Assembly: GCA_041182645.1 (NCBI GenBank)
Contig: JBEGNG010000025.1
Location: 1-29,198 of the forward strand
Reading direction: 5' to 3'
Length of the DNA: 29,198 bases
Origin: Planctomycetota bacterium
GTDB lineage: Bacteria; Planctomycetota; Phycisphaerae; Phycisphaerales; SM1A02
Shown: piece by piece, positions 25,670 through 29,198 of the stretch
Layout: each line of letters starts with the position of its first letter
How positions within the stretch are numbered: the stretch's first letter is position 1
The notes under the pieces: generated by a model
What the model was told of the DNA's origin: nothing
Database searches by the model: none
The model's input: the letters and a program-made list of their open reading frames with translations, nothing else
Program-made: the position numbers and the translations under genes

Positions 25670-26383
25670 TCAGAAGACCCCGGAGAGGTGCTTGCGCATG
25701 TCCTCGAGGAAGCGGCCGATCTGGCCCTGTTCGGAGGGGCTCGCCGTCGACTCGACTTCCTGCTGCCAGAAGTCCATGAAGGCAACGGCGCCCTCGCCCT
25801 CGAGGTCGGGCATCCCGTCGCGGCCATCGGCCATGCGCTTGGTCCGCCGTTCCTCGCTGCGCTTGACGTCGTCCTTGATCTTCTTCAGCCGGTCGGCGTC
25901 GCTCTCCTTGCCTTCGTCGCCGCGCGTCACCAGGCGCATGCGGCGCTCCCACTCGACGAGCCACTGGTCGAGGAACTTCGCGCGTTCGGCGGCCGGCAGC
26001 GCGAGGTAGCGCTTGCTGCCGTCGGCCAGCACGTCCTTCGCGAGCGTGCGCGCGTTCTTCGTCATCTGCTCGCGCGCGGGTCCGGTGACGCCGGCCATGA
26101 ACCCGGCCATCGCGGCGCTGTCGCCGGCCTGCATGCTGCGGAATCGCCCCGCGAAGTCCATCATGAAGCGCAGGCGCTCGTCGAGCGGCAGCTTGTTGAA
26201 GTCGTCCAGCGCCAGGTAGCCCAGCACGTCGTCGACCGGCGCATCGAAGATGCTCGGCGGCGGCTTCCACCGCACCGCGAACCACCAGTACAGCGGCATC
26301 GCGAGCAGCAGCGCCGCGAGCGCGGCGATGGCCAGCGAGCGCCAGGCGCGACGGTCATCGAAGCCGGCGGGAAGAGCGATCAT
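25670..26383 (-). CDS. hypothetical single-TM protein with repeated 'LPxxER' helical motifs
   Basis: N-terminal TM (LAIAALAALLLAMPLYWWF); FNKLPLDERLRF and YLALPAAERAKF repeats; starts 3 nt after the pseudopilin stop. Confidence 0.75.
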   Translation of the reverse strand: MIALPAGFDDRRAWRSLAIAALAALLLAMPLYWWFAVRWKPPPSIFDAPVDDVLGYLALDDFNKLPLDERLRFMMDFAGRFRSMQAGDSAAMAGFMAGVTGPAREQMTKNARTLAKDVLADGSKRYLALPAAERAKFLDQWLVEWERRMRLVTRGDEGKESDADRLKKIKDDVKRSEERRTKRMADGRDGMPDLEGEGAVAFMDFWQQEVESTASPSEQGQIGRFLEDMRKHLSGVF

Positions 26384-26386
26384 GCA

Positions 26387-27040
26387 TCAGCCTCCATCGT
26401 CCTCGGGAATGCCTTCGTCCATCGTGGCCTCGTCGACGCTCCCGTCCAGGAAGACGCCGTTGCGCGGGCTCCGCGCACCCTTCAGGTGCCGGTCCTCGCT
26501 GTCGATGAGCAGCGGGATCTTCACCGCGCCGCCGTCGGCGTTCACGAACGGCTTCTCGAGGAACCGCGTCACCAGCCGCGCCTCGAGGTCGTTGCGCGTG
26601 CGGTCGCGCTGCTCCTGCGTGGTGCCCGGCGGCAGCGCCGCGAGCGCCTGGAACACGTCGAGCTGGAACTGCGGCAGGTAGCGGATGAGCCCGGGCACGT
26701 AGGTGTAGCTCGTGCCGGTCGCGAGCGAATCCTCGTTGGCGTCGCTCGGGCAGATCCAGATCGGGCTGTCGACCTCGACGTAGCCCTTGAGCGCCTTCGG
26801 CAGCCCGCCCTCGGGTCCCTCGGGCAGCACCACGGGGATGAACTCGCACATCGGGAGCATGCCCTTGCGCACGTTCATGGCGGACTGCAGCCCCGTGAAC
26901 GCCTGCTTCAGGTTGCTGCGGCACTGCGCGCTCTCGCTCTCGGCGCGGATCGAGCCGAGCGCAGGCAACAGCAGGCCGATCAGGATCACGATGATCCCGA
27001 TGACCACGAGCACCTCGACGAGCGTGAAGGCCCTGCGCAC
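26387..27040 (-). CDS. prepilin-type N-terminal cleavage/methylation protein (DUF1559-like pseudopilin)
   Basis: RRA-FTLVEVLVVIGIIVILIGLLLPAL, CRSNLKQ, CPSD and H...NGVFLDG. GTG start at 27040. Confidence 0.88.
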   Translation of the reverse strand: MRRAFTLVEVLVVIGIIVILIGLLLPALGSIRAESESAQCRSNLKQAFTGLQSAMNVRKGMLPMCEFIPVVLPEGPEGGLPKALKGYVEVDSPIWICPSDANEDSLATGTSYTYVPGLIRYLPQFQLDVFQALAALPPGTTQEQRDRTRNDLEARLVTRFLEKPFVNADGGAVKIPLLIDSEDRHLKGARSPRNGVFLDGSVDEATMDEGIPEDDGG

Positions 27041-27102
27041 GGGAGGATCGTAGCCGTGCAGCGGCCCGGGGCCCCCGGGGGAAACCATGAAAGCCCGGGC
27101 GT

Positions 27103-28023
27103 TCAGGCCGAGAACATCGCCTCGACGAACTGGTCCGCATCGAACGGCTGCACGTCGTCGGGGGTCTCGCCGGTGCCGATGAGCTTGACGGGGACGTCGA
27201 TGGCATCCCGGATCGCCACCACGACGCCGCCGCGGGCGGTGCCGTCGAGCTTCGCAAGGAAGATGCCGGTCACGTCGACGGCCTGCTTGAAGACCTGCGC
27301 CTGCTGGATCGCGTTCTGGCCGCTCGTCGCATCGAGCACCAGGAGGACCTCGTGCGGCGCATCGGGGATCTTGCGGCGCACCACGTCGCGGACCTTGGTG
27401 AGCTGGCGCATGAGGTGGTCCTGCGTGTGCAGGCGTCCGGCCGTGTCGATCAGCAGCACGTCGACGCCGCGCTTCACCGCCGCGTCGGCCGCATCGAAGG
27501 CCACCGCCGCGGGATCGGCGTTCGCACCGCCCGCGACGACCTCGACGCCGAGCCGCTGGGCCCAGGTCTTGAGTTGTTCGACGGCACCGGCGCGGAAGGT
27601 GTCGGCCGCGCCGAGCAGCACCGTGCGGCCGCTGTCGCGGATCGTCTTGGCGATCTTCGCGACGCTCGTCGTCTTGCCCGCGCCGTTCACGCCCACCACC
27701 AGGATGACCGTCGGCTTCGACGCCGCGTAGCGGAGGCCGACCGGAGCCTCCTTCCACCGCTGTTTGAGCGTCTTCTTCAGGAACTCGAGCGCATCCTCGC
27801 CGCGCTCGACGCGGCCTGCGCGGTACTCGACCCGCAGCGCCTCGACGATCTCGCGCGCGGCGCGCACGCCGACGTCCGCGGCGATCAGCCTCGATTCGAG
27901 TTCGGCGAGGACCTCCTCGCTCAGCGAGCGCCCATGCAGCAGCGTCTTCAGGCCGGACCCGAGCGTGGCCGCCGTCTTGGCGAGCCCGCGCCGGATCGCC
28001 TCGACCGCCGCGCGGAAGATCAC
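27103..28023 (-). CDS. ftsY: signal recognition particle receptor FtsY (NG domain only)
   Basis: GVNGAGKTT, ADTFRAGA, DTAGRLH, DATSGQN, KLDGTARGG and GTGE motifs; GTGA overlap with nusB. Confidence 0.96.
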   Translation of the reverse strand: MIFRAAVEAIRRGLAKTAATLGSGLKTLLHGRSLSEEVLAELESRLIAADVGVRAAREIVEALRVEYRAGRVERGEDALEFLKKTLKQRWKEAPVGLRYAASKPTVILVVGVNGAGKTTSVAKIAKTIRDSGRTVLLGAADTFRAGAVEQLKTWAQRLGVEVVAGGANADPAAVAFDAADAAVKRGVDVLLIDTAGRLHTQDHLMRQLTKVRDVVRRKIPDAPHEVLLVLDATSGQNAIQQAQVFKQAVDVTGIFLAKLDGTARGGVVVAIRDAIDVPVKLIGTGETPDDVQPFDADQFVEAMFSA

Positions 28024-28442
28024 GCGATGCCCCCGCCCGCCACGCGCTTCGCGACCTGGTCGAGCACGCCGTTCACGAAGCCGCCGCTGCGCTCGGTGCC
28101 GAATTCCTTGGCCAATTCGACGGCATCGCCGATCGCCAGGCCGGGCGGCACCTTGCCCACGGCGAGTTCGAACCAGCCCAGCCGGAGCAGGTTCCGGTCG
28201 ATCATCGGTTGGCGGTGCGAGGGCCAGTCGGGCGCAAGCGCCACGATGTCGGCATCGGCCTCGGCGCGGTGTTCCCAGGCGAGGCACGCCAGGGCGAAGC
28301 CCGCATCGTGGTGCTCCCCGGTGCCGTCGCTCTCGTCGAGGGAGCGTCGCACGATCTCCGGAGCCACGCCGGGAACGGCGTCGAACTGGTACATCGCCTG
28401 CAGCGCACACCGGCGCACGACGAGGTCGGCGGGCGCGCTCAC
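28020..28442 (-). CDS. nusB: transcription antitermination factor NusB
   Basis: RRCALQAMYQ, IDRNLLRLG, EAV-like DAVELAKEFG and FVNGVLD; downstream of ribH. Confidence 0.93.
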   Translation of the reverse strand: MSAPADLVVRRCALQAMYQFDAVPGVAPEIVRRSLDESDGTGEHHDAGFALACLAWEHRAEADADIVALAPDWPSHRQPMIDRNLLRLGWFELAVGKVPPGLAIGDAVELAKEFGTERSGGFVNGVLDQVAKRVAGGGIA

Positions 28443-28909
28443 TGCAGCTCCTTGACCGCGTTCGCCGCACCGATCGCCGCACGCATCGCTTCCTCGCCCT
28501 TGTTGCCCTTGGCCCCGCCTGCGCGGGCCTGCGCCTGGCCGAGCGTCTGGCAGGTCAGCACGCCGAACGCCGCCGGCTTTCCGAACTCGACCGAGATGCG
28601 CGCGAGGCCGTTGGCCACGGCATCGCAGATGTGGCGGTCATGGCTGGTCTCGCCGGTCAGGACGCAGCCGATCGCGACGACGGCGTCGACGTCCCCGCGC
28701 ACGGCGGCCGCGCGGCTGATGGCGACGAGCTCGAACGCGCCCGGCGCCTTGACCAGGCGCAGGCGCGACCGATCCCCGCCGGCCTCCTCGAACGCCTTGA
28801 TCGCGCCGCGCTCGAGCGCATCGGTGATCTCCGCGTGGTAGGTGCTCGTGACGACCACGATGCGGAGCGATCGGGCGCTGACGGCGGGCGAGGGAACGGC
28901 GGCTTGCAT
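28439..28909 (-). CDS. ribH: 6,7-dimethyl-8-ribityllumazine synthase
   Basis: PGAFEL, GCVLTGETSHD, FGVLT, QARAG and NKGEEAMRAA. Confidence 0.95.
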   Translation of the reverse strand: MQAAVPSPAVSARSLRIVVVTSTYHAEITDALERGAIKAFEEAGGDRSRLRLVKAPGAFELVAISRAAAVRGDVDAVVAIGCVLTGETSHDRHICDAVANGLARISVEFGKPAAFGVLTCQTLGQAQARAGGAKGNKGEEAMRAAIGAANAVKELQ

Positions 28910-28935
28910 GGGGCGAAGATGGTAGCCTCGATGCC

Positions 28936-29198
28936 ATGCACGCAGCGCTTCGCCGGCTTGCCGCAGGGGTCCAGGCTGCGCGGGCCGGACTCGCCTACGG
29001 AGCCATGGCCGAAGGCTGGTTCGCCGTCGCCGTCGCGGATCGTGCAGGGACCCTCGAAGGCGGCCTCATCCCGTCGCTCGCGGCGATGTCGGTCGTGTCC
29101 ATCGGGCTCTTCGTCTTCGGGGTGGCCATGAACGACGTGCTCGACCGCAAGCACGACCGGGCGTTCGCCGGTGGGCAGGACGGCCGCTGGCTGGTCTC
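28936..29198 (+). CDS. UbiA-family prenyltransferase, 5' part only (runs off window)
   Basis: Open frame from ATG 28936 (not in the ORF track because it has no stop in the window): MHAALRRL...LFVFGVAMNDVLDRKHD, containing the NDxxDxxxD aspartate-rich motif after a TM helix. Confidence 0.75.
   Translation, partial: MHAALRRLAAGVQAARAGLAYGAMAEGWFAVAVADRAGTLEGGLIPSLAAMSVVSIGLFVFGVAMNDVLDRKHDRAFAGGQDGRWLV

Noticed and set aside
25662-26285. Apparent 208-aa N-terminal extension of HrpB in the 1040-aa ORF
   Set aside because: It overlaps the 25670-26383 gene in another frame and reads as low-complexity shadow sequence; the helicase starts at ATG 25661.
27103-28023. FtsY lacking the acidic A domain
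   Set aside because: NG-only FtsY is common outside enterobacteria and is not unusual.
1-29198. tRNA, rRNA, CRISPR arrays, integrases/transposases and defence genes
   Set aside because: No cloverleaf, repeat-spacer array, DDE or tyrosine-recombinase motif, or compositional island was seen; codon style is uniform across the window.

Overview
A roughly 70% GC bacterial chromosomal segment, most likely Planctomycetota (class Phycisphaerae). That assignment is an inference from S12 'RVRDLPG', FabD 'GLSLG', a DUF1559-type pseudopilin and the style of the PilZ protein. It is mostly housekeeping: rpsL-rpsG (-); rpmF-plsX-fabH-fabD plus an unknown lipoprotein (+); an inverted fabG (-); acpP-fabF (+); leuS, folC, a LOG-family gene, hrpB, ftsY, nusB, ribH and the start of a UbiA-family gene. 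An accessory block at about 7.7-17.6 kb encodes a stand-alone globin-like + B12-binding protein (photocobilin-like), a BI-1/YccA protein, a PilZ protein, a DUF4026/DUF2314-DUF58-transglutaminase operon lacking moxR, a membrane protein and a signal-peptide + coiled-coil ClpP-family protease. I saw no rRNA, tRNA, CRISPR array or mobile element. Main observations: (1) an apparently exported ClpP with an intact triad and handle motif; (2) the B12 photoreceptor-like protein without an output domain; (3) nine genes with a TANNNT box only 6-9 nt before the start codon (leaderless-type), including two overlapping bidirectional -10 pairs; (4) fabG apparently starting at ATC; (5) three frameshifts (fabH, transglutaminase, leuS) that look like multi-base deletions and are probably assembly artefacts; (6) a highly structured 175-nt rpsL-rpsG spacer. 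All family assignments are by motif recognition, not database search.
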